Below are positions 45,997 to 56,854 of a DNA stretch of 64,000 nucleotides, in pieces. Within the stretch, counting starts at the first letter, position 1. Each line of letters starts with the position of its first letter. A program made the translations under genes and the position numbers. Under the pieces are notes generated by a model. That model was not told the origin of the DNA and searched no databases. It worked only from the letters and a program-made list of their open reading frames with translations. The stretch is from Ostreococcus lucimarinus (taxonomy: Eukaryota): NCBI GenBank assembly GCA_000092065.1, contig CP000581.1; one strand, 5' to 3'.

Positions 45997-47376
45997 CTAC
46001 ATGGCCTTCGGTCGTTGATGGCCCATCTTGTGTAAATAGGAAAACATGTCGCGCGTGATGGGCAACAATCCAAAGTAGCCACCATAGCCGGTGTACGCGA
46101 GGCCAGCCTTTTTGCACTCATCCTTGATGATGGGAACCATCTTCGGGTACAGATTGTGCGCGCATCCCGGAAACAAGTGGTGCTCGATTTGCAAGTTCAA
46201 ACCACCGGAAAAGAAGCTCCAGAAGCTGTTACCCCACGACGCGGACGTTTCGATTTGCCACGCACCCCAATCGTTCTTAGTGCTCTTGCTCAAGTTCATC
46301 GGGGTCAACGCCTCCAAGTTGTGGCTGACGATGAAGAACCAGCAAAGGACGAACGAGCCAAACGCGCCGTACGCGAGGAACGGCACGATGACGTTGGACA
46401 ACCCGTGGATGTACGCCGGAACGCCGAGAAGTAAGCCGAAGTGCAGAACTTTACCGAGCAGGTACAGCGCGATTTCGTTCTTCATCAAGCCCTTGTACTC
46501 GACGCCGGGAGACGCTCGATCGATTAAAATGTTTTGCGCGTCACCGACTTGCGCGGCGAGCCATAAAAACGGCCACATGAGCGGCGCGTAAAACGCTTGG
46601 TACCGATGGAACCACTTCAACTCCTGCGATGGGTCAAGTCGCAACAACGGTAACGCGGTGTACACGTCTTGATCGAGATCGGCGTCGTTGCAGTACGAGT
46701 GATGGCTCACCATGTGATGATACCGCCACTCCACCGAACTCTTCCCGATCGCCACGTCGTTCCCGAGCCATCCCCAAAACTGATTCCAAAATCCACTCTT
46801 CGCCAATCCTCCGTGATTCGCCGTGTGTTGCAACCCAGTGCCGCTCCAGTACCCCGCCAGTCCCAACGCGCACCCCGTGAGCGCCGAGGGCGCGCGCCAA
46901 TACGCCACCATCGCCGCGACAAACGTCAACACGACCACCCCCGCGTCCACGACGCACCCACCGCGTCCGTGTGCCTCCCTTCCAGACTTTGCTTTCATCG
47001 GTTCCACGACTTCATCTCGCACTCGGCGTTGTATCGCTCGATACACCGCCGAATCGAGCGGTTTCGGAAACGTCTCCTCCTTCCCGAACGCGCCCGCCGC
47101 GCCCTCCACCACGGGCAGCGTCTTCATGTACTTGCGCACCACCTCAGGTCGCAAGTGATGGCTCTCGATCAGGATCGTCGCGTCGCGTCCGACGCAGAGC
47201 GAGAGCAATTGCGCGCCGCCGGGATGGCGATGCTGAAACTCGGTGACGTCGTAGACGACGCCGCGATAGCGCGTGTACGCGCGCGTCGGGTCGAGCGTCG
47301 CCTCGGGAGCGGTCGTCGCGACGTCCGTCGTCGCGTTCGCGCGCTTCGACGCTCGGGAGCGCGCGGCGGAGGGCAT
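45997..47376 (-). CDS. front-end fatty-acid desaturase with N-terminal cytochrome b5 domain
   Basis: Cyt-b5 heme motif HPGG. Three His boxes: HTANH, HHMVSHH and QIEHHLFP (the Q-for-H third box typical of front-end desaturases). About 4 TM segments. 459 aa. Confidence 0.85.
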   Translation of the reverse strand: MPSAARSRASKRANATTDVATTAPEATLDPTRAYTRYRGVVYDVTEFQHRHPGGAQLLSLCVGRDATILIESHHLRPEVVRKYMKTLPVVEGAAGAFGKEETFPKPLDSAVYRAIQRRVRDEVVEPMKAKSGREAHGRGGCVVDAGVVVLTFVAAMVAYWRAPSALTGCALGLAGYWSGTGLQHTANHGGLAKSGFWNQFWGWLGNDVAIGKSSVEWRYHHMVSHHSYCNDADLDQDVYTALPLLRLDPSQELKWFHRYQAFYAPLMWPFLWLAAQVGDAQNILIDRASPGVEYKGLMKNEIALYLLGKVLHFGLLLGVPAYIHGLSNVIVPFLAYGAFGSFVLCWFFIVSHNLEALTPMNLSKSTKNDWGAWQIETSASWGNSFWSFFSGGLNLQIEHHLFPGCAHNLYPKMVPIIKDECKKAGLAYTGYGGYFGLLPITRDMFSYLHKMGHQRPKAM

Positions 47377-47531
47377 GACGCGCGCGCGATCGTGTGGCGC
47401 GGGACGTCATCCAGTCATCTTGTTTTTTGCATTCATCCGCGCGACGCGGGACGGGCGATTCGGTTCTACGTTCGTTCTGGGCGCGACGCGGTCGAACGCG
47501 ACGCGCGCGCGGATCGCGGACGGCTGAGTGA

Positions 47532-50500
47532 TCACGCGGCGTTGGAGAGGACGTCGAGGAGCCAAGGGGAGTGCTTGGCGTCGGTCTCGAGCTCGGATTT
47601 GAGTTGTCGAGCGCGCGCGACGGCTTCGGCGGGCGTCATGCGGTCGAGAGGGACGGCGGCGAAGTCGGAGAGGAATTGGCGAGCGCGGACGACGCCGCGG
47701 GCCATGTCGTCGGATACACCGGGTTCATCGGTTCGTTGGCGCTTGGGGTCGGAGATGTCGGCGACGGCGCGCTCGGCGCCGGATTTGGAAAAGTCTTCGA
47801 GCTCGTCCGCCTTTGCGCGAGCGATTTTGAGCACTTCTTCGGGGAACCGCGCGAACTCGGCGCAGTGAATCCCGAACGACTGATCGCACGCCCCCGGCTT
47901 GATTTGGTACAACATGGTGAGCTTTCGGCTCTCCTGGTCGATGAGCGCCTCGACGTGAAAGTTGGAGACGCCACTCGGGCCTTCGAGCGCGGTGAGCTCG
48001 TGAAAGTGAGTGGCAAACAGACACGGCGCTTGAATCTCATTGACGATGTGCTCGCTTATCGCCCACGCGAGACCGAATCCGTCGTATGTACTCGTTCCGC
48101 GGCCGAGTTCATCGATGATAACGAGACTCGATGAAGTCGCGGCCTTCAAGATGGCGGCGGTTTCTAACATCTCCGCCATGAAGGTGGAAATGCCGCGGAG
48201 TTGACAGTCGCCGGCGCCGACGCGCGCGAAGATGGCATCTCGTACAGCAATCACGGCGTCGTCGCACGGCACGAAGCTTCCAACCTGCGCTAAGAGCACG
48301 CACACGCCAACTTGGCGAATAAATGTACTCTTACCGCCCATGTTTGGGCCAGTGATAATTTGAAACCAAGACTCGCCCTTCTTCATCGAGCACGTGTTGG
48401 CGATGAATCGCACGTTGTCCTGCGCTTCGACGTTTGGATGGCGCGAGTTCTCCAGGTGGATCGTATCAGACGTCTTCTCGTGCATAATCGGGCGCACGAA
48501 CGGCACCGGCGCGCTGACGGCGACCTCAGCGAAAGACGCGAGGACGTCGATTTCCGCCGTCATCGCCGAAACGCTCAGAAAGATTTCGGAAAACGTCGCC
48601 GCGACGTCGACGACGCGATCGACCAAGTGTCGCTGCTTCGCGTCGTAGCTTCTGTCGAGAGATACACGCTGCTCCGAAAGACCACGAATCTTCTTGTTCG
48701 TAAACTTCGTGCCATCCTTCTTCGCTTCCAGAATCTGATAACTCACGCTGAGCTTTTTTCGCACGCTCGTTTCGTCTTTCTTCGTCAATCGCATGAACCA
48801 ACCATGCATGTTGTTGTGTTCTAACTTTAATTGCTTATCGCGTTCCATGCCCAAATCATCGCTCGCATCCGCAAACGCATCACGGATTTGCTTCTCCAGT
48901 GTATCCTTCTGTTTTTGCAACTCGCCCAGCTCGGCGTCGTACGAAGCGCAAATGACGTACTCGTCGGGAATCTTGCTCAGATCCACTGCCGCTTCTAAGA
49001 GCGCCTCGAACCGGCCGAGATGACTCGGGGCGCTCAGCTTTTTGAGTTCTTCCGCATACTTCTTGCGAATGTAATCGCCATGACGTCCCTCGCACCGTTC
49101 GAGCGCCTCGGCCATGTGTGGAAGCGCCGCGCTCGCTTGGTACAATCGGCACAAATCCATGAGCGACGCCTTGCGGCGTTCGAGCTTACGAGTGATCCGT
49201 TCGATGTCCGGCAACGCTCGCAAGTGCGCACCGCGCAGGGCGTCACGAACCTCTGCATTGGTGACGAATTCGTTCACGACATCGTGTCGCGTGGCGATTT
49301 CGTTAACGTCCACGAGCGGCTGCTTCAGCCATCGCGAGAGCAAACGGCGCCCCATCGGCGTTCGGCACTTGTTCAATAAACCGTACAAACTGAAGCTGCT
49401 CGGGCCGTCAGAGCGCTCAGGGAGAACATTCAGAGCGCGCAGTGCCGAAGCATCGAGTCGCATGTACCGACCGGTGTCGTACATACTCAGCGTGCATCGA
49501 CCGTGGTTGGCGCTATCCGCCAACATTTCGCTGAATCGCAAAACCGCCGCGAGACACGCTGCGGCGTGCGATTGATCAATCACCGCCCGATGCGCCTCAA
49601 CGTTTCCTCGCACGAGTCGCCCCAAATCATTCTCCAAGTCTTGCGCGTCGAAATCGCGGGCCTGACGCTCCGTGGCGAGCGCACCGCATCGCGAGACGAC
49701 GTCTCGCAATCGACGCCCCTCCGGCGTCTCGGTCCCTTCCTTGGGCACGACGCACTCTTTGACTCCAATCTGACATAACACGCTTTCCAGCGTGCAATAC
49801 TGCTCATCATCCACGAACGCGCACGCCCCGAGCTCCCGAGTCGTCGTGTTGGCGTACGCCACGCCCACGTTCCCGTTCGCCACGCGCACCGCGCACACCA
49901 CAGACGCGTCCGACATCTCGTTCGACCGAAACAGCTCATCCTCGAACGCTTGCAATTTCCCCGGCGACGCCGACTTCACGCACGTCCACGTCCCGCTCGG
50001 TTTACTCTCTTCGTAAAACTCCACGCGCGCGCCGTCACCATCGAGTAAAAGTTCGCGAAGCGCGCTCTCGAACATCGATCGGTTGAGCGCGACGCCCGGC
50101 AACGCGTCGTCGCCCGATCCCATCGTCTTGATCACGCTCGTCGTCTGCTCCGACGTCAAAAGTGGACCAAACGGTCAAACGCTTCGCGTCAGTCATCTCG
50201 CCCGCGCATCGCTCGAGCGCACCCTCGACGATCGCGCCGCCGCGCTCGTCGCCGATTTCGCGTCTCGGCGACAGCCGCGCGCCGATATTCAAAAATCACC
50301 AATCATCATCCGCGTTCTCGTCGCCTCCGCGCGCGCCCCGCGCCCCGCGCGCGCGCCGACGCGTTCGAAGATCGCACCCGCGCGCCCGCGCGCTCGCGAC
50401 GCACCTTATAGAACGCCCGCGCGATGTACATCGCGTCATCGCCGTGCGCGCTGATGCAATCTTTACGATCGAAAAACCGCACCACGCGCGCCGTCTCGCT

Positions 50501-50602
50501 CGGAAGCCCGCGGTAAAACCGCACGAACTTGGCGCTCGCGGCGTCGTCGAGCGCGAGCGCGCCCGTCGCCGTCGCGGCGCGCGCGTCGGGTTCGTTCGAC
50601 AT
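47532..50602 (-). CDS. MSH2: DNA mismatch repair protein MSH2 (MutS homologue); two exons (50602-50405 and 50144-47532)
   Basis: Exon 2 carries the MutS ATPase region (ITGPNMGGKSTFIRQVGV...IIDELGRGTSTYDGFGLAWAI...FATHFHEL). The 68-aa exon 1 matches the human MSH2 N-terminus: AKFVRFYRGLPSETARVVRFFDRKDCISAHGDDAMYIARAFYK versus [43 protein letters not shown]. The junction AFYK|TTSVIKTMG aligns with EVFK|TQGVIKYMG. Confidence 0.85.
50145..50404 (-). other. spliceosomal intron in MSH2, 260 bp, GTGCGT...GCAG, phase 0
   Basis: Inferred from the MSH2 N-terminal alignment. Donor AAG|GTGCGT and acceptor GAGCAG|ACG are read on the minus strand. Confidence 0.7.
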
Positions 50603-51024
50603 CCGAGGGCGGCGAGGAGTGACTGCCGGCACTCGGCGACGCGCGTCGTCGATCGATGCCGCGCGCGCTCGACGCCCCGCTGCTTCGCGAGAACGGCGAC
50701 GACGACGACGACGCGCGCTGCGCGTCGTGAGTCGCGCCGCGCGACGTCGCGCGCGCGAACGACGACGGATCGAGCGACTCGGAATCCGCGCGGTCGGACG
50801 AGGAATACGTTTCGAGACGCGCGCGCGCGGCGACGGGGGCGCGGAGAGTGCGTAAGGTCGCGAACGCGATGTCATCGCAGCGCGTGCTGACGGCGATGGC
50901 GGTGTTGGCGTCGGCGCCGTCGCTCGTGGGGGCGTGATGTTGGCCTTTGCTCGTCGGCTCGTTTTTCGGCGCCGCGGCGACGAGCGCAAGCGCCAAACAC
51001 GAATCGCACGCGATTTCCCTGGGG

Positions 51025-51399
51025 ATGAACGCGATGGTGACGACGCTCGCCACGGTGGCGAGCGCGAGGAAAGCGCGCGGGCGTCGGGGGAACGCGTGGC
51101 GCGTGTACGGACCGACGGCGACGACGGCGGCGAGCGTCGCGCTTCTGTGCGCCGACCCGATGCGACACGTGCTTCAGGATCACGAATTGTGGACGACGAA
51201 CAGCGCGATGTATCGTCCAGGGTGCGAGCACGGCGATATTCGATGTTTGAGCGTCGTGGGGTGGGTGTTCTTGACGTGCACGTACCTCGGATTTGCGTGC
51301 TTAATAGTCGGCGCGCTTTGGAACGCCGACGCGCTCGGCAAACTCGGGCGCGAGTTCCGTCGCAGGTTGGAGGGCGATGATGCAGATTTCGAGGCGTAG
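51025..51399 (+). CDS. hypothetical small hydrophobic protein (very tentative)
   Basis: The ORF is open from 50938. The first ATG gives MNAMVTTLATVASARKARGRRGNAWRVY...WVFLTCTYLGFACLIVGALW with two hydrophobic segments and non-Arg-biased composition. It could also be non-coding promoter space shared with MSH2. Confidence 0.2.
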   Translation: MNAMVTTLATVASARKARGRRGNAWRVYGPTATTAASVALLCADPMRHVLQDHELWTTNSAMYRPGCEHGDIRCLSVVGWVFLTCTYLGFACLIVGALWNADALGKLGREFRRRLEGDDADFEA

Positions 51400-51596
51400 A
51401 CGCGAGAAATCGATGAGCGACCGGAAGGCGACGATGACGTGACGCGAGCGCGCGAATGTTGGTTCTGGACCAGCGGCGCGATCGTCGATGAAAAGTCGTC
51501 GTCTCACCGTCGTAGATATGTATGTTGTAACTTCTACCGCCTACTTTATGTGTACAAAAATGTATCTCGTGTGTCACCGGTGTAATCGAACTCATC

Positions 51597-52817
51597 CTAC
51601 TGCCGTTGTCGTTTTTCCGGAGGCGTGGCTTCGACGAATTCGTCGTGCGCCCAGTCGTCGTTGTCATTCAAAACCGTCGTAGCCGCGTCGTTGGGTGCCT
51701 CTCGCCCCCACGGTCGACTCGGCGCGTCGACACCGCCGCCGACTTCTCGCTGCGACGCGTTCTCGCTATCAGGCACCGCGCTCCAAGGCTGACTTCCTAA
51801 CGGCGCGTTTTGAAGCGGCGCCGGCGCCTCGACGCGCGGCTGCTCGCATTGGCTCGGTTCCACCGCTGACGCGTCCTCGGGAGGAAGCATGGACGCCAAC
51901 ACGAGTTCAGCTTCGAAATCGACGCTCGCGGGCGCGGTGGTGTGCTGCGGCTGGTTCCCGAACGCGTCGCGTTGATGAAACATTTTGAAATCCGCCGTCG
52001 GCTTCACCACCACCGGCGCGCCCGCCTGCGCGCAATAAATCGCCACATCCACGTCCGAACTCTCGCACAGTTGAACGATGCTGCGCAAATCCTTCAAATT
52101 CACCGTCACCTCCACCGGCGCCGCCGCGGTGTTTCTATAAAACAAAATCGATTCGTCGTCGCGTCTCAACGAAATGCTCGTCTGCAACGCCTGACTCAAC
52201 CCCCCTCCCGGACTCAAATAACTCGACAGCGTCACGATCTTCGCCGCTCCCGCCGCGTCCCCGTCCACGCACACGTCCGATTCGATCCCGCACGTCAGCG
52301 TCACGTCCTCTCTCGCCGCGCTCGAAAAGTGCGCCAACAGCGTCAGCAGCGTCTTCGCCCTGCTCACCACCTTCGCCGGCATCGCCTCCGCGTCGATCTC
52401 CGCGTCGACGTGTTCCGCGTCCATCACCTCGTGCATCTCATACGTCTTCTTCGTGCCGCTCTTCGCGCTCGTCGTCGTCACTCGCAGTCGTCGCGCCTCT
52501 CGTCCCTCGTCGTCTTCGTCGTCCAGCGTCACGACGACGACGTCCGCGCGCGCGTGCGACCGCAGCGACGCCATCACGTGCTTCGCCAGCGCGCACGTCT
52601 GCGCGCGTCCTCCGCGCGCGGTTATCTCTCGCGCGTCGAACGCGCTCGCCCGCACGGCGACGCGCGCGAACGCCGAGCGCGCGGCGTTGACGGATTTCAG
52701 CGTCAGCGTCTCGTCGCGCGCGCTCGCGTCGATCAGCACCTCGGGACCGACGCGCGACAGGAACGCGATCGAGCGATGGAGCGCTCGCAGGGAGCCGCCG
52801 GAGACGGCGAGCTCCAT
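51597..52817 (-). CDS. RAD9: cell-cycle checkpoint clamp protein RAD9 (9-1-1 complex)
   Basis: The N-terminus MELAVSGGSLRALHRSIAFLSRVGPEVLIDASARDETLTLKSVNAARSAFARVAV matches RAD9 ([31 protein letters not shown]...LSLRTVNSSRSAYACFLF). PCNA-like fold length, then an acidic, disordered C-terminal tail. Confidence 0.7.
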   Translation of the reverse strand: MELAVSGGSLRALHRSIAFLSRVGPEVLIDASARDETLTLKSVNAARSAFARVAVRASAFDAREITARGGRAQTCALAKHVMASLRSHARADVVVVTLDDEDDEGREARRLRVTTTSAKSGTKKTYEMHEVMDAEHVDAEIDAEAMPAKVVSRAKTLLTLLAHFSSAAREDVTLTCGIESDVCVDGDAAGAAKIVTLSSYLSPGGGLSQALQTSISLRRDDESILFYRNTAAAPVEVTVNLKDLRSIVQLCESSDVDVAIYCAQAGAPVVVKPTADFKMFHQRDAFGNQPQHTTAPASVDFEAELVLASMLPPEDASAVEPSQCEQPRVEAPAPLQNAPLGSQPWSAVPDSENASQREVGGGVDAPSRPWGREAPNDAATTVLNDNDDWAHDEFVEATPPEKRQRQ

Positions 52818-52831
52818 CGCGGCGGCGCGGT

Positions 52832-54490
52832 GTGGCGCGCGGTCGGCGAGCGCGAACGACGCGAGCTGTCAAAGGACGATTTGAATTCGCGCGACAGATC
52901 GCGACGCGCGTCGTTTCCAAGGACGCGCGACGGCGCGAGAGAAGCGATCGCGCGGCGAAAGGACGCGCGATGGCGCGCGGGACGCGCGCGACGGCGACGC
53001 GAGGGACGATGGTCGACGAGACGCGCGCGAAACTGCGCGGTGTCAAAGACGCGTCGATGAAACGCGCGAAACCGGCGATCGAACGCGCGAGGACGACGAC
53101 GAAGCGCGCGGTTGAGATGGTTAAAACCTTGGACGTCGGCGCGCGCGCGCGACGGGCGCTGGGCGCGGACGCGCGGGTCGCGATTGGATATTGCGTCGTC
53201 GGGATGTTGGCGGCGGCGGCGACGGCGCGAGGCGTCGTCGGAGGGTCGGCGAAGATGAACGCGCTCGCCGCCGCGTTGGCGAGGTGCGTCGTCGAGACAA
53301 AAATTGGCGCGCATCGAGGTCTGGCGTTCGTCGATCGGTACTTTGTGGTTTTGGTGAAGCATTTGAGCGAGCGCGCCGGGGCGTTGCGAACGACGTCGCC
53401 GAGCGAAGCCAAGGCGAAGGCGATGCTGGATGTCATCATCGCTTTCGCGTCCTCGGGGGCGGCTGCGATGCACGTGAAGATGATTTTGATCACCATTGCG
53501 TTTTCTGCCATCGCGCGCGTGGTTTTTTACAGGTCAACGCGTCGACGCGAGGTCAAGGTGGTGCTCGTCACGGGCGGGAGCGGCGGACTCGGTTCGCTGC
53601 TACTGGAGGGCATTCGCACCGAGTTCCCGAACGCCATCGTGTACGGAACCTCGCGCGCTGGTGCGAGTAGCAAGAAACTCGGTCGCCAATCGAGCGGATT
53701 CTTTGGTATCGGGACGCCATCAAAGGAAGAGATCGCGAAGAAGAACGACCCGTCAGTGCCGCTCGGCGCCGAACTCGACAACGAGGAAAACGTCGTCTCG
53801 CACCCGCTGTTAACGATGGATCTCACCAAAGAAGATTCTATTGCCCAATGCATTGCGTCCATCGTCGAGAGACACGGAAAAATTGACGTCTTGATCAACA
53901 ACGCGGGCGTGTGCCTTTGCTCGTGGGCGAAACAAACGCCGCGCGACGACGCCGAGATGATTATGCAAACCAATTTCCTCGGCGCCGTGAGCGTTATTCG
54001 TCACGCGATGCCACATCTGAGCCAAGGCGCGAACATCATTAACGTCGGCTCCATCGCCGGTCGAATCGGTATTCCGTTTCAGTCCATGTATAGCGCTTCC
54101 AAAGCGGCGCTGATGGTGTACACGGACGCGCTTCGCATGGAAACAAAGGGCTCGGGCGTGCGCGTCAGCTTGATCGAGCCCGGCGATTTAAGATTACAAA
54201 AAGGCGCAGCGAGCGTGGTCAAATCGAGCGGGTTCGAGTCCGATCCCGTCGCTGATCGTGCGGAAAAAATCATGCGCGCCGAAGAGGCGGCAGGAACGAA
54301 CCCCATCAAGGTTGTCAAAGCCGTCGTTAGCGCGATTAAATCATCCGCGCCCAAGAACCGATATTACATCGGTCCTGACGCGTGGCTTGTCGAGGCGTTG
54401 AGTCGGGCGTGCTCATACTCGGCAAGGGAGTACTTTCTCGCGTCGCACTACAGAGTGCCGCCGCGGGATAGAGCTTGGATTCGCGTCTGA
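52832..54490 (+). CDS. short-chain dehydrogenase/reductase (SDR) with a ~240-aa N-terminal extension
   Basis: The TGxxxGxG motif (VVLVTGGSGGLGS), NNAG and the catalytic YxxxK (YSASKAA) all lie in the C-terminal ~310 aa. The N-terminal part is Arg/Ala-rich with one hydrophobic stretch. The true start may be an internal ATG (e.g. ~52970). Confidence 0.7.
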   Translation: MARGRRARTTRAVKGRFEFARQIATRVVSKDARRRERSDRAAKGRAMARGTRATATRGTMVDETRAKLRGVKDASMKRAKPAIERARTTTKRAVEMVKTLDVGARARRALGADARVAIGYCVVGMLAAAATARGVVGGSAKMNALAAALARCVVETKIGAHRGLAFVDRYFVVLVKHLSERAGALRTTSPSEAKAKAMLDVIIAFASSGAAAMHVKMILITIAFSAIARVVFYRSTRRREVKVVLVTGGSGGLGSLLLEGIRTEFPNAIVYGTSRAGASSKKLGRQSSGFFGIGTPSKEEIAKKNDPSVPLGAELDNEENVVSHPLLTMDLTKEDSIAQCIASIVERHGKIDVLINNAGVCLCSWAKQTPRDDAEMIMQTNFLGAVSVIRHAMPHLSQGANIINVGSIAGRIGIPFQSMYSASKAALMVYTDALRMETKGSGVRVSLIEPGDLRLQKGAASVVKSSGFESDPVADRAEKIMRAEEAAGTNPIKVVKAVVSAIKSSAPKNRYYIGPDAWLVEALSRACSYSAREYFLASHYRVPPRDRAWIRV

Positions 54491-54538
54491 CGCGGGGATA
54501 GAAGCAATCAATATTAAATCTCAAATACGTCATTCCAG

Positions 54539-56200
54539 TCACTGTGAGAATGATTCGCGCTCCGCTAAAAATTTAGGCACTTTCTTAGCCTTCTGCCGTC
54601 GCACCATGCCCGGTTTGACTGTCTTGCGGATCTTGTTCATAGCGAGCTTGCTGAGCTCGGCTTCAGAAAGCTGAGGCTGCAAGCCCACGTCGCCGGCTTG
54701 GCCGCCGAGTTGCCCGCTCATTTTTTGCATTTGGGTACGCATACCTCCAAACATCATGATGAGTTGTGCTAAGTCCGCTTCGGTGCGGCCGCTACCTTTG
54801 ACTATGCGTTGACGGCGGGAATCCGCAGTCGTGCTGGCGACGAGCATGTCTGGGTACTGTCGTTCCTCCTTGGTCATCGAGTTGATCAAGCTCTTCGCGA
54901 TGGTCATGCTCTTCCCCGCCGCTTCCATGTCGGCCTCGCTCAGCTTGGCGGTGCCCGGCATCATTTGCATGATTTGCTTCATCCCACCCATGTTGTTCAT
55001 CATCTCAAGCTGGCCAACAAAGTCGTTGAAATCAAACGTCGCGCTCATAATCTTCTGCTTGATTTTCTCCGCCTCTTCCTCCTTCACGCCCGCCTGCACT
55101 TTTTCGACGAGACTGACGATGTCACCCATGCCCAAGATGCGGCTAGTCATGCGCTCAGGGTAAAACGGCTCGAGGGCGTCCATCTTTTCGCCCACGCCCG
55201 TGAATTTGATCGGCTTACCCGAGACTTCTCGTACGCTCAACGCAGCGCCGCCTCGTGTGTCGCCATCCATCTTAGTGAGAATGGCTCCGGTGATTTCAAC
55301 CGCTTCGTTGAACGACGCCGTGAGCGTCGCCGCTTCTTGACCAGTCATCGCATCGACGACGAGCAAGGTTTCATCCGCCGAAGTCGCCTCTTTCGTCGCC
55401 TTGAGCTCACCCATGAGCTTTTCGTCGATGTTCAATCGACCCGCCGTGTCCACAATGACGACGTCTATGTCCTCATCCTTCGCCTTGCGCACGCCTCTCG
55501 CGGCGATCTCCGGCGGGTTGCCATCGACACCCATATCGAAAACGGGCACGCCGATTTGCTTCCCGAGCGTTTTCAACTGATCGATCGCCGCCGGTCGATA
55601 CACGTCCGTCGCGACGAGCAACACGCTCTTCCCTTGCTTGCGCAACGCCAACGACAACTTCCCACACGCCGTCGTCTTCCCGACCCCTTGCAAACCAGCC
55701 ATCAAAACCACCGTAGGCTCTCCATCGTCCCTGAACTTGATCCCTTCCGCTCCGACGCCACCCATGAGCTCGCAAAGCTCATCCGCCACGCACTTGACCA
55801 ACATTTGCCCCGGTTCCACGCCCTTCGTCACCTTCATTCCCACCGCCTTCTCCTCGCACCGCGCGATGAACCGCCGCACCACGGGCAGCGACACATCAGC
55901 CTCTAAAAGCGCGCGTCGCACATCCTTAAGCGGCGCCTTGACGTTATCCGCGTTCAAATCCTTCTCGCCCTGCAAGCGCGCCCACGCCTTATCCAGCTTG
56001 TCCGACATTCCCGCGAACGCATCCGCGCGCGTCATCACCGCGCGACGCCCCCCGCGCGCGCGCACCGCGCCTCGGTCGTTCCGCATCGCCCGCGCGCCTC
56101 CTCGCGCCGCGAACGTCGACGCCCGCGCGCGCATCGTCGCCGTCGTCACCTCGCGTCTCGTCCCCATCGCGCGCGCCGCGCTCGCCGCCGCCGTCGCCAT
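54539..56200 (-). CDS. SRP54: chloroplast-type signal recognition particle 54-kDa protein (cpSRP54/Ffh) with a transit-peptide-like extension
   Basis: [50 protein letters not shown] matches Arabidopsis cpSRP54 ([50 protein letters not shown]). The GTPase G1-G4 motifs ([20 protein letters not shown]) are present, as is the M-domain FGGM...GQLGG. The open frame continues 88 codons upstream to 56464, Arg-rich; start chosen at MATAAAS (56200). Confidence 0.88.
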   Translation of the reverse strand: [553 protein letters not shown]

Positions 56201-56854
56201 CGTCGCGCGCGCGGCCCCGCGACGCGCGCGCGCGTCGGCGAACCTCGCGCTCGCGCGTCGCGCGCCCTCGCCGCGCGCGCGCCGCCGTCGACGCGACGCG
56301 ACGCGACGCGAACTCGCGCGCGCGACGCCGAGGTTTTCGCGCCACCTCGACCGGGTCGCGAACCCGGGTCGCGCGCGCGCGGCGACCCTCGCGCGATCGA
56401 TCGACCGCGCGCGGTCGATCGACGGCGCGATCGATCGATCGCGCGACCGCGCGCGCGGCGGCACACGCGCGCGCGATGCCGACCGACGGCGATGGCGGCG
56501 CGCGCGACGGCGACGACGACGTCGTCGAGCGCGTGGAGTCGCTCGCGCGCGCGGGCGCGGACGCGGACGCGCTGGCGAGCGGTGCGCGGCGCTCGATTCG
56601 ACGCGCGCGCGGCGCGCATTCGCGACGACGAGACGCGACCGACGCGACGACTGACGACGACGACGACGACGCGACGCGCGCAGCGACGACGTGGTTGCGA
56701 AGAGAGATGATGCGCTCGCCCGAGCGCGCGGATTTCGTGGTCAAGGTGCGCGACGCGACGCGACGAGACGCGCGAAGGCGCGCGTGTCGGTTCGTTCGGA
56801 ACCGACCGGCGGCTGCCGCGAACGCGAACGCGGACTGACGCGAAGAACGCGAGC

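Noticed and set aside
51400-51596. tRNA or other small RNA genes in the AT-richer spacers (51400-51596, 63398-63734, 12187-12252)
   Set aside because: No cloverleaf-compatible segments with GTTC/TΨC-like and anticodon arms were found by eye. A covariance-model scan would be needed for certainty.
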